From Polyangiales bacterium (GTDB taxonomy: Bacteria > Myxococcota_A > Polyangia > Polyangiales > Ga0077539): a stretch of 64,000 bases of DNA. A model generated the notes under the pieces. The model worked only from the letters and a program-made list of their open reading frames with translations. It did not search any database and had not been told where the DNA came from. The stretch covers positions 224,001-288,000 of the forward strand of contig JBGARZ010000002.1 in the NCBI GenBank assembly GCA_044229975.1, written 5' to 3'. Each line of letters opens with the position of its first letter. Position 1 is the stretch's first letter. The translations under genes were made by a program, and so were the position numbers. Below are positions 36,771-46,648 of the stretch, one piece after another.

Positions 36771-39605
36771 CTACGGTGGGGCGACGAGCGGCACGGCGGC
36801 GATCATCACCACCGCGAACGCGACGGACGACTGAAGGCTGACGGCGCGCAATCGACGCGGGTCGTCGAAGGTGACGACGAGCTGCTGGGTTCCGCGGCGG
36901 AGCGCGAAGGGCGGGGCGTCTTCCACGGTGAGCGCGCCGGCGTCCCGCGCGTTGATCTGGAGGTAGATGCGCTGCACCGGCGCGGGCTGCCGAGCGCGGA
37001 GGGCGACGCGAACGCGTCGTTGAAAACGCGGGGCGTTGGAGCGCGAGCCGAGGATGGTGTTGCCGGGCTCCTGGGCGCGAGCGAGGAGGTCACCGGCGCG
37101 ATCGAGGGGGTCGTTGGCGCCGAGGCCCGACGCGAGGCGGGGCACGACGTCGGGGTCGCCGAGGCTGATGAGCGCGTCGAGCGCCGCGCGGCGAGTCAAC
37201 GGGTAGCGGGTGCGCGCGAGCGTGGCGACCAGCGGGGGAATCGCGGACGCGTCGCCGAGGGCGCCCAGCGCTTCGGCGCCGACGGGGGCGAGGCGCGGGC
37301 TCTCCAGCAGCGCCTGCCAGGTGGCGCGCGAGGTGGGTGATCGCGCCGCGAGGAGCAACGCGATGGCGCGGTCGCGCTCGGCGTCGGAGGCGTGCTCGTC
37401 GGCCGCCCACGCGTTGAGCACCGGGATCGCCGCGGGGACCCGAAGTGCAGCCAAACCGAGCGCCGCCCTCCGTCGCTGGGCCTCGTCCGACGTCGCGGTG
37501 AGCACGCGGGTGGCGATCTCCTGTCCGCGCGCGTCGCCCAGCATCACGAGCGACACGGCGGCCTCGTCGGACAAGGGCGCCGGTCGCGGCAGCAGCGAGG
37601 CGAGCGCTTCGCGGACCTCCGCCGAGCGGTCGTCGAGGTCACCGAGCACACGCGCTGCTCTCGCCGCGAGCTCGGGGTCGCTGGCGAGTAGCAGCATCGC
37701 GACCTCCCTGGCGGCGTTGCGATCCCCCTGGAGCGCCCGCGCGAGCGCCGCGGGGATGACGGCCTCGGTACGTCGTGAACGCGCCGCTGCTGCGTCGCCG
37801 TGGGCGCCCTCCCAGCCGACGACCAACGATCGCAGCGCTCGCGTTCGTGCGGGGTCTTCGTCGGCGCGGTTGCGGCGCTCGCCGGGGTCGCGGGTGAGGT
37901 CGTAGCGCTCAAGGGTTCCGTCGGCGTTGTCGACGATGAGCTTGTCGTCGCCGTCGACGACCATGCGGAGGGAGCCGGTCTCGGCGAAGGCCAGCGTGGG
38001 CGGGCGATCGGTGGTCGCCAACGCGCCGAGGTCGCTGCCCTCGACGCCGGGAGGGAGCGCGCTTCCGACGCCGCGGAGGATGGTGGGCAGGAGGTCGACC
38101 AGGCTCACCGGCGCGGAGACCACGCGCGGCGTCACGCCCGGCGCGACGATGATGAGCGGAACGCGCGCCTGCTCGTCGTAGAGGGAGGTTCCGTGGAAGG
38201 AGCCGCCGTGCTCGCCGAACTCTTCGCCGTGGTCGGCGGTGATGATCCAGGTGACGGGGCGCGCCCAGCCGTCGATGAGCGCGCCGAGGGCGTCATCGAC
38301 CGCGCTGCATTCGGCGTCGTAGCGGGCGCGGGCGTCGCTTCCGTAGGGGTGCTCCGGGTGGACGACGTAGGGCTCGTGCGGCTCGAAGAGGTGCAGCCAC
38401 GCGAAGCCATGTTGGTCGCGGCGGAGCGTTCGCGACCAGCGGAGGGCGTCCTGCACGCGGGTGTCGGCGGGGGCCCACGACTCGTCGGCCATCTGGAGAT
38501 CCCAATGACGAGAGGCCAACGTGCGGAAGCGATCGCCGTCGACGAAGAAGACCGCCGGCGGGTACCAGCCCGCGGTGGTGTAGCCCGCTTCGCGCAGACG
38601 ACCCGCGAGGGTCATGGTGCGACCGAAGCGCGCGCCGAGGGCCATGGCGGCGCGGGCGTGTGTTCCGGTCATGAGCGAGGCGAGCGAGTAGCTCGTATGC
38701 GGCGTGGCGGTGTACGCACGGCGGAAGAGCAGGCCGCGCGCAGCGAGCGCGTCGAGGCGGGGCATGCGACCGCGACCGCCGAGCGCGCGGAGGGCGTCGG
38801 CGCGAAGTGCGTCGACGGTGACCAGGACCACGTCGCCCTCGGAGAGGGGGAGAGATGCACCGTCGGTGCGGCGGGCGCGGCGGACGACAGGCGTCGCGTC
38901 GTCGCCCGGATGGAGGAGGCCGGCCAGGCGCGCCGTGTACTGGCCGAGCGGCGAGAGGCGTCGCACGGAGGCGCGGGCGCCGTGTCCCGAGAGTAGCGAG
39001 ATCACTGCCCACGTCATCAACGCGACGACGGGCGCGCGAACGAGCCACACGCGACGGCCCGAGGCGCGAGGTTCGTTGAGCGACGCGGCGCCGCACCACG
39101 CGGTCGTCGCGATCCAGGCGAGGAGCGCGTGCAGGAGCTCGTACTGCCGCACCAGCACCGTCGCGTGGATGAGGTAGAGCGCCGTCGCGCCCATCGCGAT
39201 GACCCAGGATGACGCGCGCAGCGGGCGCTCCCGGCGCGCGGCGAGGAGTCCCACGATGGCGCTCGCGACGACCGCGAGTGCAACCAGTGGGCGATGCAGG
39301 CCGAGGCGATGGATGCCCGTTCCGGAGAAGAGGGCGAGGCCCGCCCACGCGCCGAAGCCGGCCGCCGCGAGCGTCGCGACCGCGGGGCGCAGCGACGCGG
39401 GAATGCGCCGCCAGATCGCGGACGCCGCGACGCGAGCGACGCCGACCACCGTCACGGCGAGGGCCGACGCGCCGAGGACCGTGAACAATCCAACGGTCCA
39501 CGCACCCTGTGCATCGCGGGAGAGGGCCATCACGGCGTCGAGCACCGCCGCCGCTCCCGCGACCGCGAGCGTCGCGTCGATGGCCCTCCCGCGCGCGACC
39601 ATCAC
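36771..39605 (-). CDS. Membrane-bound sulfatase-like protein with C-terminal HEAT repeats
   Basis: N-terminal TM segments; VTVDALRAD, HLFEPH, ADHGEEFGEHG; HEAT-like repeats after about aa 610. Confidence 0.8.
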   Translation of the reverse strand: MMVARGRAIDATLAVAGAAAVLDAVMALSRDAQGAWTVGLFTVLGASALAVTVVGVARVAASAIWRRIPASLRPAVATLAAAGFGAWAGLALFSGTGIHRLGLHRPLVALAVVASAIVGLLAARRERPLRASSWVIAMGATALYLIHATVLVRQYELLHALLAWIATTAWCGAASLNEPRASGRRVWLVRAPVVALMTWAVISLLSGHGARASVRRLSPLGQYTARLAGLLHPGDDATPVVRRARRTDGASLPLSEGDVVLVTVDALRADALRALGGRGRMPRLDALAARGLLFRRAYTATPHTSYSLASLMTGTHARAAMALGARFGRTMTLAGRLREAGYTTAGWYPPAVFFVDGDRFRTLASRHWDLQMADESWAPADTRVQDALRWSRTLRRDQHGFAWLHLFEPHEPYVVHPEHPYGSDARARYDAECSAVDDALGALIDGWARPVTWIITADHGEEFGEHGGSFHGTSLYDEQARVPLIIVAPGVTPRVVSAPVSLVDLLPTILRGVGSALPPGVEGSDLGALATTDRPPTLAFAETGSLRMVVDGDDKLIVDNADGTLERYDLTRDPGERRNRADEDPARTRALRSLVVGWEGAHGDAAAARSRRTEAVIPAALARALQGDRNAAREVAMLLLASDPELAARAARVLGDLDDRSAEVREALASLLPRPAPLSDEAAVSLVMLGDARGQEIATRVLTATSDEAQRRRAALGLAALRVPAAIPVLNAWAADEHASDAERDRAIALLLAARSPTSRATWQALLESPRLAPVGAEALGALGDASAIPPLVATLARTRYPLTRRAALDALISLGDPDVVPRLASGLGANDPLDRAGDLLARAQEPGNTILGSRSNAPRFQRRVRVALRARQPAPVQRIYLQINARDAGALTVEDAPPFALRRGTQQLVVTFDDPRRLRAVSLQSSVAFAVVMIAAVPLVAPP

Positions 39606-39608
39606 CGC

Positions 39609-41750
39609 TCAGCCCGCCTCTTCTGCGATGGGGGCGGCGCCGCGTTGCAGGAGTCGACGCACAGCGCGCGAGAGTTGCGGGTGACGGGTGAGCGACGGGT
39701 CGTCGCCGACGATCTCCGTCGCCGCCTCGCGCGCTGCGACCATGAGCGCAGCATCGCGCACCGGGTCGGCGAAGCGCAGCGTCAGATCGGCGCCCGACTG
39801 TCGCTCACCGAACCACTCCCCTGCCCCGCGCCGCGCGAGATCGCGCTCCGCGAGCACGAAGCCGTCGGAGCAGCCCGCGATCTCCTCCAGTCGCGCGTTG
39901 GTCTCTTCTGCCTCGGCCTCGGGGACGAGCAGACAGGCCGCGCGTTGGCCCCCGCGACCGACTCGACCGCGGAGCTGATGCAACTGCGCCACCCCGAAGA
40001 ACTCCGCCCCCAGCACCACCATCAGGTTGGCCTCTGGCACGTCGAGGCCGACCTCCACGACGGTGGTTCCGATGAGCAGCGGGTGCGTGCCGCGGCGGAA
40101 GGCATCGAGCGCATCCTTCTGCGCGTCGGCCGTCATTCGCCCGTGAAGCACCACGATGCGATCGCGGCCCAGCGCCTCGCCCAGCCACGACTCTGCATCG
40201 GCGACACCCGTTCGCGGGCCCTCCTCCTCGTCGGCCATCCCGTCGATGCGCGGAACCACCACGAACACCCGCCCCCCCGCGTCGAGCGCTCGCTCGATGG
40301 TGCGCTGCACGAAGGCCCGATCATCGGCCTTCACCACCCGCGTCGTCACGGGCTGCCGGTTGGCGGGTCGCTCGGCGAGCGTCACGAGGTCGAGGTCGCC
40401 GTAGCGCGCGAGCGCGAGGGTGCGAGGGATGGGCGTGGCCGACAGCACCAGCAGGTGGGGACTGGGCGATCGACCCGCGACCATGGCCAGCCGCTGCGCC
40501 ACGCCGAAGCGGTGCTGCTCGTCGATGACCACGAGGTCGAGCGCGGGAGGCGTTCCGCCCTCTTCGAGGATCGCGTGGGTGCCCACGACCATCCGCACCA
40601 GACCCTCGGCGATGACCTTCTCCGCCTGCCGCCGGGCGCGCGCCGTGGTCGACCCGAGCAGCACCGCCATGGGGCCCGCGTCGCCCGCGAGACCGCGCTC
40701 CAGGGTCTTCGCGTGCTGCGCCGCCACGAGGGTCGTCGGGCAGAGCCACGCGACGCTCCCACCGCCGCGCAGCACCGCCAGCGACGTGGCGAGGGCGACG
40801 GCGGTCTTGCCGGACCCGACATCGCCGACCAGCAAGCGTCGCATCGGCTGACCGCTCGCAAGGTCGCCCAGGAGCGTGTCGATGGCGCTGCGCTGACCGG
40901 CGGTGAGCGAGAGGCCGAGGCGCTGTCCGGTGAGGTCGGCGACGCTTGATGTGTCGGTGAACACCCGCGCGCCGCCGACGGTGCGGCGGGTGCGTTCGTG
41001 GGCCACGCTGACGGCGAGGAGTTCTTCGAAGGCGAGGCGGCGGTGGGCCTCGCTGCGGCCCTCGACGAGCGCGGCGAGGACCTCGGGCGTGACCGATCCA
41101 TCGGGCGCGTGGAGGAGCTTGAGCGAGGCGGGTGCGGACGGCAGCGAGAGCGCGCGGGCGACGGGCGCGGGGACCGGGTCACCCCAGCGGGCGATGCCGG
41201 TGAGCGCGGCGGCGACGATGCGGGCAATGGTTCCGGGCGGGACGCTGCCGATGCCCGCGTAGACGGGCTCGATGGCGCGCGAGCGGGTGCCGGGCGCGAG
41301 CACCTTGGGCTGCACCAGCTCGGGGCCGTTGGGCTGCTGCTTGATGGTACCGGTGAGGCGCACCGTCATGCCGGGCGCGAGCCGCGCGGACATGCCCGCC
41401 TTCGCGTGGAAGAACACCGCGCGCAGCACGGTCGTACCGCGGGGCTCGCGCAGCGCGAGGGTGAGCCGACGGGCGCGCGGGTTGCCCGCGAGGCGGGCGT
41501 CTTCGATGAAGCCCTCTACGGAGACCAGCGTGCCCGACTCGGCGTGGCGCACCCGGCGCCAGTCGTCGGCGCCGCGCAGGTCGAGGTAGCGGCGCGGGAG
41601 GTGCGCGAGGAGGTCGCCCACGGTCGCGAAGCCGCGCGCGCGGAGCACGGTCGCGACGGTCGGACCGACGTGCAACACGCTCTCGATGGGCGCGTCCTGG
41701 AGGTCACCCTCCGGGGGAGGAACGGTCGCGACGACGGGTCGTTCCTTCAT
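39609..41750 (-). CDS. recG: ATP-dependent DNA helicase RecG
   Basis: PRRYLD, wedge/OB domain, GDVGSGKT, DEQHRFG, SATPIPRT, TTVVEVG, QLHQLRGRVGR, DGFVLAERDL. Confidence 0.93.
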   Translation of the reverse strand: MKERPVVATVPPPEGDLQDAPIESVLHVGPTVATVLRARGFATVGDLLAHLPRRYLDLRGADDWRRVRHAESGTLVSVEGFIEDARLAGNPRARRLTLALREPRGTTVLRAVFFHAKAGMSARLAPGMTVRLTGTIKQQPNGPELVQPKVLAPGTRSRAIEPVYAGIGSVPPGTIARIVAAALTGIARWGDPVPAPVARALSLPSAPASLKLLHAPDGSVTPEVLAALVEGRSEAHRRLAFEELLAVSVAHERTRRTVGGARVFTDTSSVADLTGQRLGLSLTAGQRSAIDTLLGDLASGQPMRRLLVGDVGSGKTAVALATSLAVLRGGGSVAWLCPTTLVAAQHAKTLERGLAGDAGPMAVLLGSTTARARRQAEKVIAEGLVRMVVGTHAILEEGGTPPALDLVVIDEQHRFGVAQRLAMVAGRSPSPHLLVLSATPIPRTLALARYGDLDLVTLAERPANRQPVTTRVVKADDRAFVQRTIERALDAGGRVFVVVPRIDGMADEEEGPRTGVADAESWLGEALGRDRIVVLHGRMTADAQKDALDAFRRGTHPLLIGTTVVEVGLDVPEANLMVVLGAEFFGVAQLHQLRGRVGRGGQRAACLLVPEAEAEETNARLEEIAGCSDGFVLAERDLARRGAGEWFGERQSGADLTLRFADPVRDAALMVAAREAATEIVGDDPSLTRHPQLSRAVRRLLQRGAAPIAEEAG

Positions 41751-41783
41751 CGGTCGGCGGGTGAGCGGGAGTGGATCTGGCGC

Positions 41784-42266
41784 TCAGCCCTTGAAGCTGA
41801 CTTCGAGCACCTCGTAGGTGCGCTTGCCGCCGGGCGTCTGCACGTTGACCTCGTCGCCGGCCTCGCGCCCGATGAGCTGCTTGGCGATGGGCGACGCGAT
41901 GGAGATGGAGCCGCGCGCGATGTCGGCCTCGGACGGCCCCACGATGCGGTAGGTGACCTCCTCGCCGGTGTCGCTGTTGCTGATGCGAACCGTCGCGCCG
42001 AAGGTGACCTTGGAGCCCTTGAGCTTCGTCGTGTCGATGATCTCGACGCGCCCCATGATGGACTCGAGCTCCGCGATGCGGCCCTCGATGAAGCCCTGCT
42101 TCTCCTTGGCCGCGTGGTACTCGGCGTTTTCCCTCAGGTCGCCGTGCTCGCGCGCCGTCGCGATCTCTTGAATGACCTTCGGGCGCTGCACCGACTTCAG
42201 GTCGCGCAGCTCATCGGTGTGGCGCTGGTGACCTTCGGGCGTGATGGGGACGGTGCCGGTGCTCAT
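41784..42266 (-). CDS. greA: Transcription elongation factor GreA
   Basis: HGDLRENAEYHAAK, ISIASPIA; start moved to ATG 42266. Confidence 0.95.
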   Translation of the reverse strand: MSTGTVPITPEGHQRHTDELRDLKSVQRPKVIQEIATAREHGDLRENAEYHAAKEKQGFIEGRIAELESIMGRVEIIDTTKLKGSKVTFGATVRISNSDTGEEVTYRIVGPSEADIARGSISIASPIAKQLIGREAGDEVNVQTPGGKRTYEVLEVSFKG

Positions 42267-42330
42267 GGTTCCACTCTGGTACCAGAACAGTGCCCCTTCG
42301 CAAGCAATGCTTTCGACGGCCGCGCCCGCG

Positions 42331-43617
42331 CTATCGCTGGCCCGCGCAGGTGAAGCGCGCGACCTCGGCGCCGCCCTCTCCAACGCGTCCGATCCACGCC
42401 GTCGCCCGCTCGTCGACCCACGTCGGCAAGGCCGCCCCCAGCGCCGGCTCGACCCACGCGGACAGCGCTCCCTGCTGAGGTCGCCCCGACGCATCCACGC
42501 CCCGGTGCCGCACCTCCACACGCTCGCCCACGCGCTCACGCCACCAGATCTCGACGGACGCTCCCGGACCCAGCGCGCGCGTGACTCGCGGCGCTCCCGT
42601 GGGGTTGGCGCCGTCATCGGAGAGCACCGCGACGTCGCCTGCGTGCGTCAACCCGGCAGGCCCGACATCGACGCGCACTGCGCGCACCTCGCCGCCGTCT
42701 CCGCGCCCCTCGCTGTCACTCGGGCCGCCGCCACGAAACGCCACCCACACCGCATCGGAGCCCGCGAGCGCCGCGAGGCCGAAGTGGTGATCGACCGCGC
42801 GCGTCACCCGTAGCGGCACGCCCAGGGGCGCACCTGTTGTGCTGACCGCGACGCCCCAGACATCCGTCGCCGTGTCGTTGGACTCCGACGCGTCCACGTC
42901 CCTCGCCGTCAGCCAGAACACCGCCGCGCGCCCGCCCGGCAACGCCACGACGGTCGGGTCGGTCGCGTCTTGCGCGGCGGGCGAGAGCGCGCGCGGAGGA
43001 CCGCAGCGGAGGCCCGTCGGCGTGGGCGTCGCGACCTGCACGCGAATGCTTCCGGCGGCGGGCGCGGGGCCGTCCTCGTCCCACGCGACGATCCATCCAT
43101 GGGCGAGTCCCGCGAGCGCGAGCGAGAGACCCTCGTCCCTCCCCTCGGGCACCACGCAGCGACCGGCGTCTCCGTCCGCGGTCCAGACGATGTGTTCGCG
43201 CACTGCCATTCCGGAGCGCACCCAGGCCGCCGCGAGGGCGCCCGTCCCGTCGACGGCCAGCACGGGGTCGGACCGCTCGCCGACGCCGCTGCTCACCCGA
43301 CCGACGGTGGGGTCGGGGTACGACCAGTGCCCGAGCGAGTCGGCGCCCGAGACGCTCCAGAAGGTCCTGACCCCGCGGGCACCCGGCGCGATGACCAGCG
43401 CTTCGAGGCCGCCGTCGGCCGCCTGTCCGAGCGTGGGAATCGGCGTGACTCCCAACCGACGACACGCCGTCCGCACCGGAGGAGCGTCCAGGCGGGGAGA
43501 CGGAAGAATGGGGTCGTCGCCCTCGCCCGCGTCGTCGGCGAACACGGGCGGCGGGCGGTGACAGCCGCGGCCGCAGCCTGTGGTGAGAAGCGCCAGCATG
43601 AGCGTCCAGACCCGCAT
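42331..43617 (-). CDS. Hypothetical lipoprotein (beta-rich, possibly propeller-like)
   Basis: Lipobox LLTTGC; repeated AAAW/IVAW/AVFW/WVAF strands. Confidence 0.6.
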   Translation of the reverse strand: MRVWTLMLALLTTGCGRGCHRPPPVFADDAGEGDDPILPSPRLDAPPVRTACRRLGVTPIPTLGQAADGGLEALVIAPGARGVRTFWSVSGADSLGHWSYPDPTVGRVSSGVGERSDPVLAVDGTGALAAAWVRSGMAVREHIVWTADGDAGRCVVPEGRDEGLSLALAGLAHGWIVAWDEDGPAPAAGSIRVQVATPTPTGLRCGPPRALSPAAQDATDPTVVALPGGRAAVFWLTARDVDASESNDTATDVWGVAVSTTGAPLGVPLRVTRAVDHHFGLAALAGSDAVWVAFRGGGPSDSEGRGDGGEVRAVRVDVGPAGLTHAGDVAVLSDDGANPTGAPRVTRALGPGASVEIWWRERVGERVEVRHRGVDASGRPQQGALSAWVEPALGAALPTWVDERATAWIGRVGEGGAEVARFTCAGQR

Positions 43618-43770
43618 CGCGCCGCATCTTGCGCGAGGTCGTGGGACACCGCGCAAAGAACTTCGTCAGATTCTTGATGAGCGCACCCGAAGCACGCTAG
43701 CGGCCCACTCGGCGGTTGCGAGAGGCCGGTCGTGGCCCGCGGCAACACGCAGAGGGAGTCGTCTGCGACC

Positions 43771-44424
43771 ATGCGCAAGCTGGTGCTCGGTGCGGTGTTG
43801 GTTCCGGTGTTGGCGGTGGTTGCGGTGCGCGGTGCGCGGTCTCCGAGAGACGCTCACGCAGCCTCGGCCCGTGACGGCGTGGCGCTCGCCGTGAGCCGCG
43901 CCCTGGAGGGTCGCTTCGTGGCACCCGCGGCGCGCACCGCCAGCGGAACGCGTCCGGCCGTCGCCCGCCGCGTCTGCGAGGTGACCGCCCCCAACCTCGG
44001 CGAGCACGTCTTCTACCTGGAGGACGCCTTCGCCTCGTCGCCGCAGCGACCCTTCGCGTCCGCGTTGCTCATCGTGACGCCCGTCGACGGCACCCACGCG
44101 CGCATCGCCGAGCTCCGCCCGCGCGACACCGCGGCCCTCGCCGGCACCTGCGACCGCGCGAGCACCACCGCCCGCGCCGCGCCGGTCATGGCCGAGCCCG
44201 GCTGCGTCATGAACGCCGAGGTGCGCGCCCACGGTCTCACCGCCCGCACCGAAGGCGACCGCTGCCCGTCGGTGCTCAACGGCGCCCACCACCGCGCGCG
44301 AACGCTCACCGTCGACGGGGACTCTCTCGCCGTCCTCGACCTCGGCCTCACCCGCTCCGGCGCCATCGCGTGGGGAGATCCGGCCGCGCCCGTCCGCTAT
44401 CGACGCCTGCCCGCTGCACGCTGA
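43771..44424 (+). CDS. CpcT/CpeT-like (chromophore lyase fold) exported protein
   Basis: LEGRF, FYLEDA, P-x-RPF, CPSVLNGA, DLG...G...WG...P pattern resembles CpcT; N-terminal hydrophobic leader. Confidence 0.55.
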   Translation: MRKLVLGAVLVPVLAVVAVRGARSPRDAHAASARDGVALAVSRALEGRFVAPAARTASGTRPAVARRVCEVTAPNLGEHVFYLEDAFASSPQRPFASALLIVTPVDGTHARIAELRPRDTAALAGTCDRASTTARAAPVMAEPGCVMNAEVRAHGLTARTEGDRCPSVLNGAHHRARTLTVDGDSLAVLDLGLTRSGAIAWGDPAAPVRYRRLPAAR

Positions 44425-44481
44425 TCGACGCCCGGCGTCCGTCACCCCACGACGGACGGGCGGAGGGTATTCTCCGCGCCG

Positions 44482-46611
44482 ATGCGCCTCCTCCCGCTCG
44501 CTCCCGTTGTTCTTACCTTTGGCTGTATGACCGCGACGCCCGCTCCCGACGCGGGAGACGCGCAGACGCCTGACGTGCCCTTCGCCGACGACCTCGGTAC
44601 CCCGAAGCCCGACGTCGGCACGGTGATGGACGCGGGCATCGACGCCGGATTTCCGCAGGACGTGGTCGTCGAGCCGAGGGACGTACCGCCGCCGCGCGAT
44701 GTGCCGCCGGTCGATCCGACCGTTGCGCGCTGGGTGCTGCCCCGTCCCGCCGATGGTGACTTCCACGAAGCCTTCGCGCTCCCGTGGCCCAACGACATCG
44801 CGCGCGATGCCGAGGGCAAGCTCGACCTCACGTTCTTCCCGAGCGAGGGCGCCCATCCGCTCGTGACGCAGTACCTCCGCGCCTTCAACCACCGCCTCGC
44901 GGGCTTCTCTCCCGCTGGCGCGATCTACTTCACCTTCGGCGCCAACCTCGACCCGGCCACCCTCCCCGCCGACGCCGCCTCCACGCGCAGCGCCGAGTCG
45001 CCGCTGCAGCTCCTCGACGTCGACCCGCGCAGCCCCACCCGCGGCGCGCGCATCCCGCTCCAGTGGTTCGTGCGCGAGGCGGCGACCCGCTACTGGCCCG
45101 CCCACTCGCTCGCCGTCGCGCCGGTGTTCGGCTTCCCGATGCGCCCGGGCACCCGCTATGCCCTCGTGATCACCGACGCGCTCCGCACCGCTGGCGGAAC
45201 GCCGTTTCGCCGCGACGTCGACCTGCAGCGCATGCTCTTCGACGACTCGACCACCGACCCGGTGATCCGCGCGGCGCGCGACGTCTACGCGCCCGCCCTG
45301 GCCGAACTGGAGCGCGCCGGGGTCACGCGCGAGCATGTGCTGTCGGTCACGACCTTCACCACCGACGATCCGACGGTGGAGTTCTTCCGGGCGGCGGACT
45401 GGATACACCGCGCGGGTGCCGAGCCTGCGCTCATGGACCTCGGTGACCCGGCCGACGGCGCGGACTTCGTGACCCTGCGCGGCCACTACGGCCCCAATCT
45501 CATCTTCCAGACCGGGCCTTCGCCCTACTCGGTCCAGGGGTCCGGGGACTTCACCCTCGACGCCGACGGCACGCCCGTCCAGCAGCGCACGGAAAACGTC
45601 CGCTTCGCCCTCACGCTCCCGCACACGCCGATGCCCGCGAGCGGTTACCCCGTCGCCATCTACGCGCACGGCACGGGCGGCGACTACCAGAGCTTCATCC
45701 GCGATCGCACGGCCGCCGCCCTCGCCGCGCAAGGCGTCGCGGTCATCGGCTTCGACCAGATCTTCCACGGCGAGCGCGCGGCCGCGGGAACCTCACCCGA
45801 GAGCGCGTTCTTCAACTTCACCAACCCCAGCGCGGGGCGCACCAACAACCGCCAGGCCGCCCTCGACCTCGTGCAGGCGGGGCGCTTCGCGCGGCGGTTC
45901 ACCTTCCCGCTGCGCCTCGGTGACGCGGGCGCCGTCACGGTGCGCTTCGACCCCGCGCACGTGATGTTCTTCGGTCACTCGCAGGGTGGGCTCAACGGGC
46001 CGCTCTGGCTCGCGGCCGACGACGGAGCGAGCGCCGCGGTGCTCTCCGGCGCGGGCGGCTCCATCGCCATCGCGCTGCTGGAGAAGACCGAGCCCATCAA
46101 CATCCCCAACCTCATCACCGCCGCGCTCGGTCTGTCTCGTGGGGAGTTCGTCGAGCTCCATCCCGTGGTGTCCCTGCTGCAGATGCTGGTCGACCCCTCC
46201 GACCCGCAGCACTACGGGCGCTTCATCATCCGCGAGCCGCGGCCGACCATGCGTCCGGCGCACGTCTACCAGACGCAGGGCTTCGTCGATCACTACGCGC
46301 CGCCGGCGGGCATCGCGGCGCTGGCGCTCACCATCGGGCTGCCCCTCACGTTGCCCGTGTACCACGCCGAGCTCGGCCCGACGCTGGTGGGCGGTCCGCT
46401 CGCGCGGCTGCCGCTGCGGGGCAACCTCGGGACGATGGCCGCGCCCGTCAGCGGATCGTGGATGCAGTTCGAGTCCGAGGTGGGCCGCGACGGTCACTTC
46501 GTGGTGTTCGACATCCCCGCGGCGCGGCTGAGGGCAGCGGCGTTTCTCGGCACGGCGGCGCGCGACCCGGCGGGGATTCCGACGGTGCTCGACGAGGTGA
46601 TGGGGGAGTAG
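44482..46611 (+). CDS. Lipoprotein alpha/beta hydrolase (lipase-like)
   Basis: LTFGC lipobox, PWPND, YAHGTGG, FGHSQGG nucleophile, late Asp and His (DHYAP, DGHF). Confidence 0.75.
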   Translation: MRLLPLAPVVLTFGCMTATPAPDAGDAQTPDVPFADDLGTPKPDVGTVMDAGIDAGFPQDVVVEPRDVPPPRDVPPVDPTVARWVLPRPADGDFHEAFALPWPNDIARDAEGKLDLTFFPSEGAHPLVTQYLRAFNHRLAGFSPAGAIYFTFGANLDPATLPADAASTRSAESPLQLLDVDPRSPTRGARIPLQWFVREAATRYWPAHSLAVAPVFGFPMRPGTRYALVITDALRTAGGTPFRRDVDLQRMLFDDSTTDPVIRAARDVYAPALAELERAGVTREHVLSVTTFTTDDPTVEFFRAADWIHRAGAEPALMDLGDPADGADFVTLRGHYGPNLIFQTGPSPYSVQGSGDFTLDADGTPVQQRTENVRFALTLPHTPMPASGYPVAIYAHGTGGDYQSFIRDRTAAALAAQGVAVIGFDQIFHGERAAAGTSPESAFFNFTNPSAGRTNNRQAALDLVQAGRFARRFTFPLRLGDAGAVTVRFDPAHVMFFGHSQGGLNGPLWLAADDGASAAVLSGAGGSIAIALLEKTEPINIPNLITAALGLSRGEFVELHPVVSLLQMLVDPSDPQHYGRFIIREPRPTMRPAHVYQTQGFVDHYAPPAGIAALALTIGLPLTLPVYHAELGPTLVGGPLARLPLRGNLGTMAAPVSGSWMQFESEVGRDGHFVVFDIPAARLRAAAFLGTAARDPAGIPTVLDEVMGE

Positions 46612-46648
46612 CGGGCGGGAGGGAGCGGCGGGAGGGAGCGACGTTCGA

